Source: a virus
Taxonomy: Duplodnaviria; Caudoviricetes
IMG/VR virus record: IMGVR_UViG_3300016484_000881
Location: 157 to 64,156 of that record
DNA length: 64,000 nt
Reading direction: 5' to 3' (one strand)
Position 1 is the stretch's first letter. Each line of letters starts with the position of its first letter. Positions 45,488 to 54,821 of this stretch are shown here, piece after piece. The position numbers were made by a program, and so were the translations under genes. The notes under the pieces were generated by a model that was not told the origin of the DNA, ran no database searches, and worked only from the letters and a program-made list of their open reading frames with translations.

Positions 45488-46957
45488 ATGTCAGTAATCA
45501 ATCTATCTGAGAAACATCCTTCATTCAATGAGCATCTTCCAGATTGGATTTTGATGAGGGATGCTTACAAAGGTGAGAGACAGATCAAATCAAAAGGAAC
45601 TCTGTATCTTCCAGCGACCTCAGGCCAAATCCAGGATGGAATGGATAACCCAAATCAGCCGGGGTGGAAGGCGTACAATGCTTATGTGACCAGAGCGCGA
45701 TTCCCAGGTTTCGTTCGAGAGAATGTTCAAACTGCCATCGGCATGATGCATTCCATGCCTCCGAAGATTTCTCTACCGAGAGGACTGAAGAATATAGTTT
45801 CAACTAAAGGCGAAAGTCTTCCACATTTTCTTCGGAGAATTAACGAAGAGCAGCTGATTCTTGGTCGAGTTGGTATTTTTGCTGATCTTCCGTCTGTGTC
45901 TAAGGATGGTATCCCATTTCTTTCAATCTATACTGCTGAGCGAATCATCAATTGGGATGACGGAACTCTTCAGGGCTTGATACCACAGAAGTTGAATTTT
46001 GTGGTCCTTGATGAAAGCGATAACGAGAGGAACGCTAATTCTTTCGGATGGGTCAACAAAGAAAAGTATCGTCTTCTATGTTTGGGAGACCCAACGAAAC
46101 CTGATCAACTCGGTGTTTATAAATTCGGTGTCTTTTCTGAAAAGTCTCCTTCTATTCTGGACAGTTCATTAGTGGCAGCACAGATTCGTGGGGTGACACT
46201 CACAGAAATTCCATTCGTAATTGTGAATTCTTCAGATCTTGTTGCAGAAGCTGATGATCCTCCATTTCTTGATCTTGGAAACTTGAGTGTTTCCATTTAT
46301 CGTGGAGAAGCTGATTATCGTCAGAACCTGTTTATGCAAGGTCAAGACACTCTCGTAATCATTGGTGGCTCTGCTGATGTAGACGAACAGATTCGAACAG
46401 GTTCTGGTGCTCGAATTGACGTTAATAACGGTGGTGACGCGAAATACATTGGTGTCGAAAGTGATGGCTTGTCAGAACAAAGAGAAGCTCTAGAAAATGA
46501 TAGGGCTCGCGCTGGTTCAATGGGGGCTCAGGCCACAGACACAGTTTCTCGTGAAAGAGAATCAGGAACCAGTCTTAACACTCGAATCGCCGCTCGTACC
46601 GCAAATCTGAATCAAATTGCTATCACTGGTGCTGCTGGTTTAGAAAGAATTCTCAAAATCTGCGCTGTGTGGTCAGGAGAAAACCCAGAAGAGGTTAGGG
46701 TTGAGCCAAATCTTGAGTTTGGCGATCACGTTCTATCTGGGCAAAGCATGGTTGAAATGGCTACTGCTCGCAATGCAGGTTTCCCAATCTCTGCTAGGTC
46801 TCTTCATCAGATTGCTTTTGATCGTGGTATCACAAAGCTTACGTTTGAGCAAGAAGAGGCTCTAGCAAAGACTGAAAGCAAAGGTCCGTTTGCCAAAGCA
46901 ATGACAGAGGATCGAGCTCCAGAACAAGTTGGTGGGAATGGTCCCCCAAAGAAATGA
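45488..46957 (+). CDS. Portal protein (DUF4055-like)
   Basis: Follows TerL; WILMRDAYKGERQIK, YLPATSG, YNAYVTRARF. Confidence 0.85.
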   Translation: MSVINLSEKHPSFNEHLPDWILMRDAYKGERQIKSKGTLYLPATSGQIQDGMDNPNQPGWKAYNAYVTRARFPGFVRENVQTAIGMMHSMPPKISLPRGLKNIVSTKGESLPHFLRRINEEQLILGRVGIFADLPSVSKDGIPFLSIYTAERIINWDDGTLQGLIPQKLNFVVLDESDNERNANSFGWVNKEKYRLLCLGDPTKPDQLGVYKFGVFSEKSPSILDSSLVAAQIRGVTLTEIPFVIVNSSDLVAEADDPPFLDLGNLSVSIYRGEADYRQNLFMQGQDTLVIIGGSADVDEQIRTGSGARIDVNNGGDAKYIGVESDGLSEQREALENDRARAGSMGAQATDTVSRERESGTSLNTRIAARTANLNQIAITGAAGLERILKICAVWSGENPEEVRVEPNLEFGDHVLSGQSMVEMATARNAGFPISARSLHQIAFDRGITKLTFEQEEALAKTESKGPFAKAMTEDRAPEQVGGNGPPKK

Positions 46958-46998
46958 ATCTTCGAGTGATTTGAAGATCAAAACGAAAGAGAAAGCAA

Positions 46999-47841
46999 AT
47001 GCCGATTGAACTAGTTTATGCTAATAAAGAATCGCTTCCAATAGCTTTTCAGAACGAAGATGTCTTTAAAGAGCTCTTCACAGTTGGTGATGATGGCAAG
47101 ATTGTTCTTACTGGTGTCACTGGAATGAAAACAAAGAAAGATGTTGATTCTATCGCTGAAGTTCTTCGCAAAGAGCGTGAAGAGCACAACAAACTGAAGC
47201 CAATCGTGAAGGCTTGGGGTGATTTGAAGCCTGATGAAGTTCTTCCAAAGCTTTCTAGGATTGAAGAGCTTGAAGCTCTTGTCTCTGCCGGAAAGCTGGA
47301 CGACAAGAAGATTCAAGAGATGGTTGAGTCTCGCATTGTTCAGAAAACTGCTCCCTTGCAGCGTTCTCTGGAAGAAGCTGCCAAGAAGACAGCTGATCTA
47401 GAGCAAGAGAACATTGGTCTTAAGAAGGCCATGGAAGACCGTGATCGTAGTTTGATTGTTCGAGCTTCTGCTACAGATACCAAGGCTCATGCTTCTGCTT
47501 TAGCAGATATTGAAATGGCAGCCTCAGTCATGCTTGAGAAAGATGCCTCTGGTGATCTGGTGACCAAAGCTGGAATCTCTGGTGTGACTCCTGGTCTTCA
47601 GGTTTCAGAGTGGCTCAAGGAAATGATGAAGATTCGTCCTCATTGGTGGCCTGATAGCGTCGGTGGTGGTGGTCGTGGAGCCAACGGTCCAGGTGGATAT
47701 AATGGTGTGAACCCATGGACTGCAGAAGCTTGGAATCTCACTGAACAGGGTCGGATTGTCCGATCTAAGGGTCAGGAATTTGCCAATAATTTGGCAAAGG
47801 CTGCTGGAAGTGAAAACGGACGGAAGCCAATTAAGAAGTAA
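46999..47841 (+). CDS. Capsid scaffolding protein
   Basis: Coiled-coil, PHWWPDSVGGGG, NPWTAEAWNLTEQG; between portal and MCP. Confidence 0.75.
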   Translation: MPIELVYANKESLPIAFQNEDVFKELFTVGDDGKIVLTGVTGMKTKKDVDSIAEVLRKEREEHNKLKPIVKAWGDLKPDEVLPKLSRIEELEALVSAGKLDDKKIQEMVESRIVQKTAPLQRSLEEAAKKTADLEQENIGLKKAMEDRDRSLIVRASATDTKAHASALADIEMAASVMLEKDASGDLVTKAGISGVTPGLQVSEWLKEMMKIRPHWWPDSVGGGGRGANGPGGYNGVNPWTAEAWNLTEQGRIVRSKGQEFANNLAKAAGSENGRKPIKK

Positions 47842-47849
47842 AATATTGC

Positions 47850-47878
47850 TTGCGCCTGAAACTTACTTAGAGTAGGGT
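47850..47878 (+). promoter_or_regulatory. Promoter upstream of major capsid gene
   Basis: TTGCGC-N17-TAGGGT. Confidence 0.55.
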
Positions 47879-47978
47879 GCAAGCAATCTCAGCAGACATA
47901 AGTCTGCATTTCAAAACCGGAACATGGGTTCCACTGTCGTTTACACTTTAATAGCCATAAACACTCAAGGAGAATCCC

Positions 47979-49052
47979 ATGGCTGCTGGTCCTGCTACTC
48001 GAATTTCTGATGTTGTTGTTCCATCAGTTTTCACACCTTATGTTCAGAATCTGACGGAAGAAAAATCTCGAATCATTCAGTCCGGTGTGGCTGTTCGAGA
48101 CGAATCCATTGATGAGGATCTTGCTGGTGGTGGCCTCACCTTCAACAATCCCTCATTCAAAGACCTAGATAACGACGCTGAGCGTATTTCAAACGATTCA
48201 TCGGCTGCTTTCGATACGGCTGATGCTTCTGTGAATGCTGCTGGTTCAGGTACTTCACCGGAACGTCCCCCGAATCCGAACAAGATTGGAAGCGTAACTG
48301 AAATTCTTGTTCGCCTGAGTCGTAATAACTCTTGGTCTTCGATGGATCTGTCTTCCACACTTGCTGGAGCTGATCCCATGGAAGCAATTGCTGATCGTGT
48401 GGCGTACTACTGGATGCGTCGCATGCAGGCAGCTTTCATCGCGACGTGGAAGGGTGTCATTGCTGACAATACTGCCAATGACTCTGGTGACTACACGAAT
48501 AATATCGCTGGTTCTTCATTCGTGAATAATGTCACAAACTTCTCAGCTGAAGCTTTCATTGATGCGGCAACCACGATGGGTGATTCAGCGAATGATCTTC
48601 AGGTTGCATTCTTTCATTCGGTCGTTTACGCTCGTATGCAGAAGAACAACCTGATTGACTTCATCCCTGATGCTCGCGGTGAAATCATGATTCCGACCTT
48701 CCTTGGTCGTGAAGTGATCGTTGACGATGCAATGCCTCGTTCCGGTTCTGTCTATGACTCTTGGATTTTTGGTCGCGGTGCCACTCGTTTGGGCATTGGC
48801 ACTCCCAAGGTTCCAACTGAAGTTGAACGCAAAGCTGGAGCAGGTAACGGTGGTGGACAGGAAGTTCTCTACAATCGTGTTGAATGGTGTATTCATCCTG
48901 TTGGTCATGCGTTTAATGTTACTCCGGCTGCTGGTGGCCCTGCGAATACTGGTACGGGTAACAACGACTTGGATGAAGCTGCTTCTTGGAATCGAGTATT
49001 CCCAGAACGAAAGCAGATCAAGTTTGCTCGTCTCGTAACTCGCGAAGCGTAA
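47979..49052 (+). CDS. Major capsid protein
   Basis: TRISDVVVPSVFTPY N-terminus, FLGREVIVDD, position; RBS AAGGAG. Confidence 0.9.
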   Translation: MAAGPATRISDVVVPSVFTPYVQNLTEEKSRIIQSGVAVRDESIDEDLAGGGLTFNNPSFKDLDNDAERISNDSSAAFDTADASVNAAGSGTSPERPPNPNKIGSVTEILVRLSRNNSWSSMDLSSTLAGADPMEAIADRVAYYWMRRMQAAFIATWKGVIADNTANDSGDYTNNIAGSSFVNNVTNFSAEAFIDAATTMGDSANDLQVAFFHSVVYARMQKNNLIDFIPDARGEIMIPTFLGREVIVDDAMPRSGSVYDSWIFGRGATRLGIGTPKVPTEVERKAGAGNGGGQEVLYNRVEWCIHPVGHAFNVTPAAGGPANTGTGNNDLDEAASWNRVFPERKQIKFARLVTREA

Positions 49053-49119
49053 CTTGTCATAGGAGCCAATGGGAGAGGTCCTGAGAAGGGCCTCTCTCTT
49101 CTCCAAGAAAGGATACAAC

Positions 49120-49638
49120 ATGAAGGGTCTTCCTCGTTCAACATCTCGTGGTGAGCCAACTGCTCAGGACGTGACCAAAGCTACAATTGTAGTTCGAAAT
49201 GCTACTGTCGCTGTGACTTGTGTTTCGACCGCTGTGGGTTTTGGCACCTTCGTTATTGGTGATTTTCCACAAGGTAACATTCTTCTTCTGGGTGCAGTTT
49301 CATATCTAACATTCAGCGGTTCAGGTTCTGATGCTAATTTGACCGCCACTTGGAATGGCGACTATTCTATTGGTTCCTCTCCTACAGCAGACGTCACTCT
49401 TTCCGGTGCAGAAGTAGACATCATTCCTTCTACTGCGGTCGGTCCAGCTGTTTCTGAGGTTGCTCCTGAAGCTCGCGGTACGAATGCGACTCAGGTCATT
49501 CTTGATAACACTGACGGCAGTCTTGAAGTCAACGTCAACGTACTCATTGATGCTGCTGACATCACCGATGGAGCGACTGTAAATCTCACAGTGAATGGAT
49601 ACTTGGTTGTTCTGTATTCTGTTCTCGGTGACGATTAA
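49120..49638 (+). CDS. Virion structural protein (head decoration-like)
   Basis: beta-rich composition, follows MCP; ATG 49120 after AAAGGA. Confidence 0.6.
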   Translation: MKGLPRSTSRGEPTAQDVTKATIVVRNATVAVTCVSTAVGFGTFVIGDFPQGNILLLGAVSYLTFSGSGSDANLTATWNGDYSIGSSPTADVTLSGAEVDIIPSTAVGPAVSEVAPEARGTNATQVILDNTDGSLEVNVNVLIDAADITDGATVNLTVNGYLVVLYSVLGDD

Positions 49639-49649
49639 GGAGAATTAGA

Positions 49650-50240
49650 ATGCCAACCCAAGAACAGATTATTGAAGCTCTTAGTCTTTTGGATCCAAAA
49701 GACGACGCGTCCTGGACTGAAGATGGCGCACCGAAGATTGAGGCTGTTTCCGCTATCTTGATGGAGCCGATCACTAGGGCTGAAATCGTGAATGCTGCGC
49801 CAAGCTTCAGCCGAGTTACTCTTGATCTTAAACGAAAGACCATTGAGAGCTCTACTGAAGAAACTGTTCGTCCTTCTTATGATAACTATCCAGCTTTCCT
49901 TGCTTGGCTCAGTAAATCTTCAATTTCTGAAACTGAAGAAGTGATTTCTGAGCTTGAAAATGATCTCAACAGGATTTCTTCTGTGATTGATCTTGCGACT
50001 ACCGAGCGAGATCTCGTTAAGAAGGCTTTGAATCAAGCTCGTTTTCGTGTGAAGACAAGTTTCAAAAATACTTCTGATCAACAAGCTATTCGTGATTATA
50101 TCAATTCGCAGAACGCAGCTCGTGAAAAAGCTGCTGGCGTTGTAACTCGAAATGCTGATCCTCGGATGCCTATCGATCGAGCAATGACAAGAAATCGCAG
50201 CTTTGGAGCTAATCGTCCAAAGTTTCCAGTTAATAAGTAA
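49650..50240 (+). CDS. Hypothetical virion-module protein
   Basis: LDPKDDASWTEDGAPKIEAV N-terminal motif. Confidence 0.65.
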   Translation: MPTQEQIIEALSLLDPKDDASWTEDGAPKIEAVSAILMEPITRAEIVNAAPSFSRVTLDLKRKTIESSTEETVRPSYDNYPAFLAWLSKSSISETEEVISELENDLNRISSVIDLATTERDLVKKALNQARFRVKTSFKNTSDQQAIRDYINSQNAAREKAAGVVTRNADPRMPIDRAMTRNRSFGANRPKFPVNK

Positions 50241-50242
50241 AG

Positions 50243-50262
50243 AGGGGACGAAAGTCCCCTTA
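50243..50262 (+). terminator. GNRA-loop hairpin (possible terminator)
   Basis: AGGGGAC-GAAA-GTCCCCT. Confidence 0.55.
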
Positions 50263-50280
50263 AACTTTAAGGAGCGATAG

Positions 50281-51174
50281 ATGTCTCTGATCATTGAGAC
50301 TGGCTCTGGTGTTCGCGGGGCAAATTCATACGTTAATGTTGCGTATGTCACTTCCTATCTGACGACCAGAAATCGTCATGTGGCTTGGTCTGCTCTTTCT
50401 ACACAAGTGAAAGAAGCTGCCATTGTTGCCGCGACTGATTATCTTGAGAAAAGATTCTCTGATAAATTCAAGGGATCTCCTGCATTTTATTTTGATGCCT
50501 CTTATGCTGAGGCAATACTCTCTTTCTCTGGGCAACCTTCAAATGGAGATCTTCTAACCATCGGGGATTACCAGTACAAATTCGTCAGTTATCTTTCTGG
50601 TTCTTCCCTAGAAGTTCTTATTGGTGGCTCTACAACGAATACTGTTACGGCTTTGGAAGCTGCACTAAATGGGGCAGCAGGGCAGGGGGTTTTATATGGC
50701 CCTACAAGCCCCATAAATAGCGCTGTAGTGGCAAAGCAAGCGGGCATGGCCCTAACCCTTATGGCTACTGCCCCCGGCACAGGCGGCGTTCTAACGCGTC
50801 TGGAGGGTACAGTCACAAATATGTCTATAACGGCTTTTTATGGTGGTCTTGATGGTGGTCCACAATCTCTATCTTGGCCGAGAAACAGAGCCTACGATAA
50901 TGGTATTCTCATTGAAGGAATTCCGGATCGTCTAAAACAGGCTATCTCAGAATACGCAGTTCGAGCATCTTCAGCTGAACTTCTGCCTGATCCAGATGTT
51001 GATTCTTATGCAGGTGCAATCAGTGAGCGTAGAGCGGAAGTTGGTCCAATTCGTGAGCAGATTAAATATTCTGGTTCGACGGGTTTTTCAGTTTTCTCAC
51101 CGTACCCATCAGCAGACAAACTTCTTCGACCTCTTCTAGTTTCTTCAACTGGAGGAAGAGTTTACCGTGGCTGA
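50281..51174 (+). CDS. Head-tail adaptor (DnaT-like SSB fold family) with internal insertion
   Basis: GANSYVNVAY...AATDYLE N-part and QSLSWPR...IPDRLKQAISEYA C-part separated by about 125 aa. Confidence 0.7.
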   Translation: MSLIIETGSGVRGANSYVNVAYVTSYLTTRNRHVAWSALSTQVKEAAIVAATDYLEKRFSDKFKGSPAFYFDASYAEAILSFSGQPSNGDLLTIGDYQYKFVSYLSGSSLEVLIGGSTTNTVTALEAALNGAAGQGVLYGPTSPINSAVVAKQAGMALTLMATAPGTGGVLTRLEGTVTNMSITAFYGGLDGGPQSLSWPRNRAYDNGILIEGIPDRLKQAISEYAVRASSAELLPDPDVDSYAGAISERRAEVGPIREQIKYSGSTGFSVFSPYPSADKLLRPLLVSSTGGRVYRG

Positions 51175-51562
51175 TCATACCAAATTTGTGACTCTAGCGA
51201 AGAAGCTTCTTAATTCCCATGGAAGAAGCATATCGTTTATTAAGTTGAATGAACTTCCTGCTGATCCTAATAAACCATGGAAAGGCCCGGGAGTTGGTGG
51301 AGAGACGACTTTGCTTGTCGATGGAGTGTTTGTCCCTCCAAATACAGTTCGTCAGTTTGGTCTAACTGCTCTTGGTTTGGGTACAGAATTTCAAGATCTA
51401 ATCGCCATGAGCCAACAGATCATCATTGTTTCTCCAGGAGAAAATGATCTTCGAGAATACACATCAGTTCTTGATAATGGAGAAAGATGGGGAATCATCG
51501 GTCTTCAAATTCTAAAACCTGGGATCACAACCATTCTTGGATTTGTTGGAGTTAGACGGTGA
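51167..51562 (+). CDS. Head closure/stopper protein
   Basis: Position and size. Confidence 0.6.
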   Translation: MADHTKFVTLAKKLLNSHGRSISFIKLNELPADPNKPWKGPGVGGETTLLVDGVFVPPNTVRQFGLTALGLGTEFQDLIAMSQQIIIVSPGENDLREYTSVLDNGERWGIIGLQILKPGITTILGFVGVRR

Positions 51563-51978
51563 CTTTAACTTATGCTCAGGCCAATGATGAGATGAATAAG
51601 GTATTCAAGGATGCTTGGGATGGAACTGGTTATAGCGCTTTCTATCAAGATGTTAAAGACGCTCGTGATACATCTGAGAATCCTTGGGCTTGTATTTTCA
51701 TAAAACACGTTAGAAGCTCACTTTCAACTCTGAGCGGAGTTGTTGGTACAAGAACCTTTACTCGATATGGACTAATCACAATCCAGATTTTCACAAAAAT
51801 CGGAAATGGCTTGCAAGAATCATATACTTTGGCTAAGACATTATCTGACTCCTTTGAAGGTAACACTACTCCAGGTGGAGTAAGATTTCGTGATGTTAGG
51901 TTGAATGAAGTCGGTCGTGATGGTCAGTTCTTTCAATTAAACGTAGTCATAGAATTTGAATACGATGAAATCAAGTAG
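51559..51978 (+). CDS. Tail terminator protein (DUF4128-like)
   Basis: GLITIQIFTKIGNG, WF/FFQLNVVIEFEYD. Confidence 0.7.
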   Translation: MTLTYAQANDEMNKVFKDAWDGTGYSAFYQDVKDARDTSENPWACIFIKHVRSSLSTLSGVVGTRTFTRYGLITIQIFTKIGNGLQESYTLAKTLSDSFEGNTTPGGVRFRDVRLNEVGRDGQFFQLNVVIEFEYDEIK

Positions 51979-51989
51979 GGAAATTTCCA

Positions 51990-53528
51990 ATGGTGCAAGT
52001 TAACAAAATCGACTCTAACATCACTGGTCTAGCTTTCGCTCAAGAAACTAGTCTTGGCGTTCTTGGAGGAAGTCCTACGTGGCATCGTCTAGAACCGAAT
52101 AGCTACAGTGATTTCGGTGCTGAAATCAAAACTGTTGTTCCAAATCCCATCAACCCTTCTCGTCAGCGAAAGAAGGGAACAGTTGTTGATCTTGATGCCT
52201 CTGGTGGCTTCAACCATAATTGGAATTTCTTCAATCTTCAAAATCTTCTTCAAGGCGCAATGTTCGCCAGCATTCGTGAAAAAGGTCGAGAAGCTGTCAC
52301 CGGAGTTGATATAGATACATCAAACCCAGATGAGTATGAAGTTGCGTCTACTGCTGGATTTTTTGTGAACAGCCTAGTTAAAGGCTTTAACTTCAGTAAT
52401 GTTGAAAATAATGCTGTCAATGTAGTCACCGCTGTCACAAGTAACGTCTCTGTAGAAGTTGCAACTGGACTTCTAGCTGCAGAAGCTTCTCCTCCATCTT
52501 CTGCTTATATCCAAGTTGTTGGATATAGAAGCACTGTTGGCGATCTGGATGTGACCACCAGCGGAAATTTTGCGACAATCACTTCCACATCTCTGGATTT
52601 CACAACTCTTGGCTTGGTTGTCGGTCAATGGATTTTTATTGGTGGTGATCTAACAGCAAATCAATTCTCGAACGCAGAAAACAATGGGTTCAAGAGAATT
52701 CGTTCTATTTCTGCAAATGCTCTTGTCATTGACAAATCTTCCTCGGCAATGACCACAGAAGCGAATACGACAAAACTCGTTGATATTTATTTCGGTGATG
52801 TTCTCCGAAATGAATCTGGCGTCAATATTGTTCGTCGCTCGTATCATGTTGAGCGTCTTCTTGGAGCGCCTGATGATGCTTCTCCATCTCAGATTCAAAG
52901 TGAATACCTTAAGGGAGCTATTCCAAATGAATTTAAAATCAATATTCCGACGGCCAATTTGGTGAATGTCGATATTGGATTTATGGCTCTTGATTCACAG
53001 ACTCGTGATGGTGCTACTGGTCCGCTTCAGTCTTCAGTTCAGATTCCAATGTCTGCTGATGTTTTCAACACTTCAAGTGATTTTTCCCGCATCAAGATGC
53101 ATGTTCTCTCTTCTTCAAACGAAGCCCCAACTTCTTTGTTTGCTTTCATCACTGAAGCTTCTCTGACAATCAACAATAATTTGTCAGGAAGTAAAGCAGT
53201 CGGTGTGATGGGATCTTTTGAAGTCACAGCGGGTACTTTCCAGGTTGGAGGAAACATCACGGCTTATTTTGGAAATGTTTCAGCAATTCAAGCTGTTAGA
53301 AACAATTCTGATGTCACTCTTGACATGATCATGGTTAAGAATAATCAGGGGATTGCTATGGATCTTCCTCTGATTTCTTTGGGTGATGCTAGGCTTAACG
53401 TTGAGGCAGATCAGCCAATCACAATTCCGCTGAGCATGGAAGCTGCGAGTGCTGAAAATGTTGCAACCGGGTTTGATCACTCAATTCTTTTCACGTTGTT
53501 CGCTTATCTTCCAAATTCTGCTGACTAA
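51990..53528 (+). CDS. Major tail tube protein
   Basis: WHRLEPNSYSDFG, NPINPSRQRKKG; position. Confidence 0.8.
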   Translation: MVQVNKIDSNITGLAFAQETSLGVLGGSPTWHRLEPNSYSDFGAEIKTVVPNPINPSRQRKKGTVVDLDASGGFNHNWNFFNLQNLLQGAMFASIREKGREAVTGVDIDTSNPDEYEVASTAGFFVNSLVKGFNFSNVENNAVNVVTAVTSNVSVEVATGLLAAEASPPSSAYIQVVGYRSTVGDLDVTTSGNFATITSTSLDFTTLGLVVGQWIFIGGDLTANQFSNAENNGFKRIRSISANALVIDKSSSAMTTEANTTKLVDIYFGDVLRNESGVNIVRRSYHVERLLGAPDDASPSQIQSEYLKGAIPNEFKINIPTANLVNVDIGFMALDSQTRDGATGPLQSSVQIPMSADVFNTSSDFSRIKMHVLSSSNEAPTSLFAFITEASLTINNNLSGSKAVGVMGSFEVTAGTFQVGGNITAYFGNVSAIQAVRNNSDVTLDMIMVKNNQGIAMDLPLISLGDARLNVEADQPITIPLSMEAASAENVATGFDHSILFTLFAYLPNSAD

Positions 53529-53569
53529 TTACAAGTTCAATAAGTAATATTCAATAATGGAGATATCAA

Positions 53570-54019
53570 ATGTCTGACATGTTTTCTCAATTCGACACTG
53601 ATGAAAGTATGGAAGTTACCGGAATCAATCTTGATTACGGAACTTTTCGTGTTCGTATTGCGCGAGCTGGTGGCTCGAACAAGAAATATCTTTCTTTTGC
53701 AGAAAAGAAGACTAAGCCGTTGCGTCGAGCTATCCAAGTTGGGGCTCTTGATGAAAAACGTTCACGAGAAATTCTCTATGAGATCTATGCTCACACGATC
53801 ATTCTAGATTGGGAAATCGCAGATGGAGAGAATGAAGACAAGAGCGTAAAGTGGAAACGTGGCATTCATAAGAAAGGTGGGGGCCACCTAGAGTTCACAG
53901 AAGAGAACGTAGTTTCAACTTTTAAACTTCTACCTGGACTTTTTCAAGATATTCAAAGTCAAGCTGAGTCTCTTACTAACTTCAAGAAAGAAGAACTTGA
54001 GGCAGACTCAAAAAACTAA
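53570..54019 (+). CDS. Tail assembly chaperone
   Basis: RIARAGGSNKKY motif; ends at slippery site. Confidence 0.8.
   Translation: MSDMFSQFDTDESMEVTGINLDYGTFRVRIARAGGSNKKYLSFAEKKTKPLRRAIQVGALDEKRSREILYEIYAHTIILDWEIADGENEDKSVKWKRGIHKKGGGHLEFTEENVVSTFKLLPGLFQDIQSQAESLTNFKKEELEADSKN
54010..54016 (+). promoter_or_regulatory. Programmed -1 frameshift slippery site A AAA AAC
   Basis: X XXY YYZ heptamer just before TAA; -1 frame reads KLTEVLLYFLEQG into the next ORF. Confidence 0.75.
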
Positions 54020-54039
54020 CTGAGGTCCTTCTTTATTTC

Positions 54040-54339
54040 TTGGAGCAAGGACCTGTTGAGAAGAAAATTCTTGAACAATGTATTAGGGAGCGTATTCCTT
54101 TTCCAGAAAAAATGCTCAACGCACCGAATCTCATATTTGGTTTAGAGCTATTCTTTTTCGCTTTCATGGCTTTAAGCGCCTCTAGACAAATGGGAATGGG
54201 GTTAGGGCCTATTCCGTGGGATGCAATTCATTCTTACTGTTCAGCTTTTAATATCGATGAAGAACAAGAAGAGGAAATGCACTATCATCTTGGAGAACTT
54301 GATGCAGTGTATTTAGAATATATGAGAAAGAAGAAATAA
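54040..54339 (+). CDS. Tail assembly chaperone, frameshift extension
   Basis: SRQMGMGLGPIPWDAI motif; -1 frame relative to upstream TAC. Confidence 0.75.
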   Translation: MEQGPVEKKILEQCIRERIPFPEKMLNAPNLIFGLELFFFAFMALSASRQMGMGLGPIPWDAIHSYCSAFNIDEEQEEEMHYHLGELDAVYLEYMRKKK

Positions 54340-54821
54340 TGGGGTCAATGTTTCAATTTTCTAGGAACATAAGAACACTGGCATCGAGAATTGAAAATAA
54401 TTCTGCCAGCTTGATTCGTCGTGTTTCTAAGAGAACACTGAAGAAATTGGTGAATGGAACTCCAGTTGATACTGGTGAAGCTCGTTCTAACTGGCGAGTT
54501 TCTCTTGGCAACCCAACAAGATCAGTCATTCCTCCTCATGCTCCTGGAAAGCATCTTGGGATTCACGAAAAGTCCAACGCCAAAGCTACTATTCAAGAGG
54601 GATTTCAAACGATTGAAAAATTAAAATCTAATTCAAAGGGTGGCGCTGTTCAATCTCTGTACATCACAAACTCTATCCCCTTTCTCGATCGTCTGAGGAA
54701 TGGTTATTCCGCTCAGCAGCCCAATGATTGGGTTGAAGAAGCTTTCGTAGATGCGAAGATAGACATCAGCAAAGTCAGTCTTCTAACAACTAAGATTTCT
54801 GATGATGAGGATGACGAGTAA
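54339..54821 (+). CDS. Tail completion/neck protein (HK97 gp10-like)
   Basis: TPVDTGEARSNW, ITNSIPF...LRNGYSAQ. Confidence 0.75.
   Translation: MGSMFQFSRNIRTLASRIENNSASLIRRVSKRTLKKLVNGTPVDTGEARSNWRVSLGNPTRSVIPPHAPGKHLGIHEKSNAKATIQEGFQTIEKLKSNSKGGAVQSLYITNSIPFLDRLRNGYSAQQPNDWVEEAFVDAKIDISKVSLLTTKISDDEDDE

Noticed and set aside
54010-54016. Tail chaperone -1 frameshift as a novelty
   Set aside because: Well-known feature of long-tailed phages; listed as a feature only
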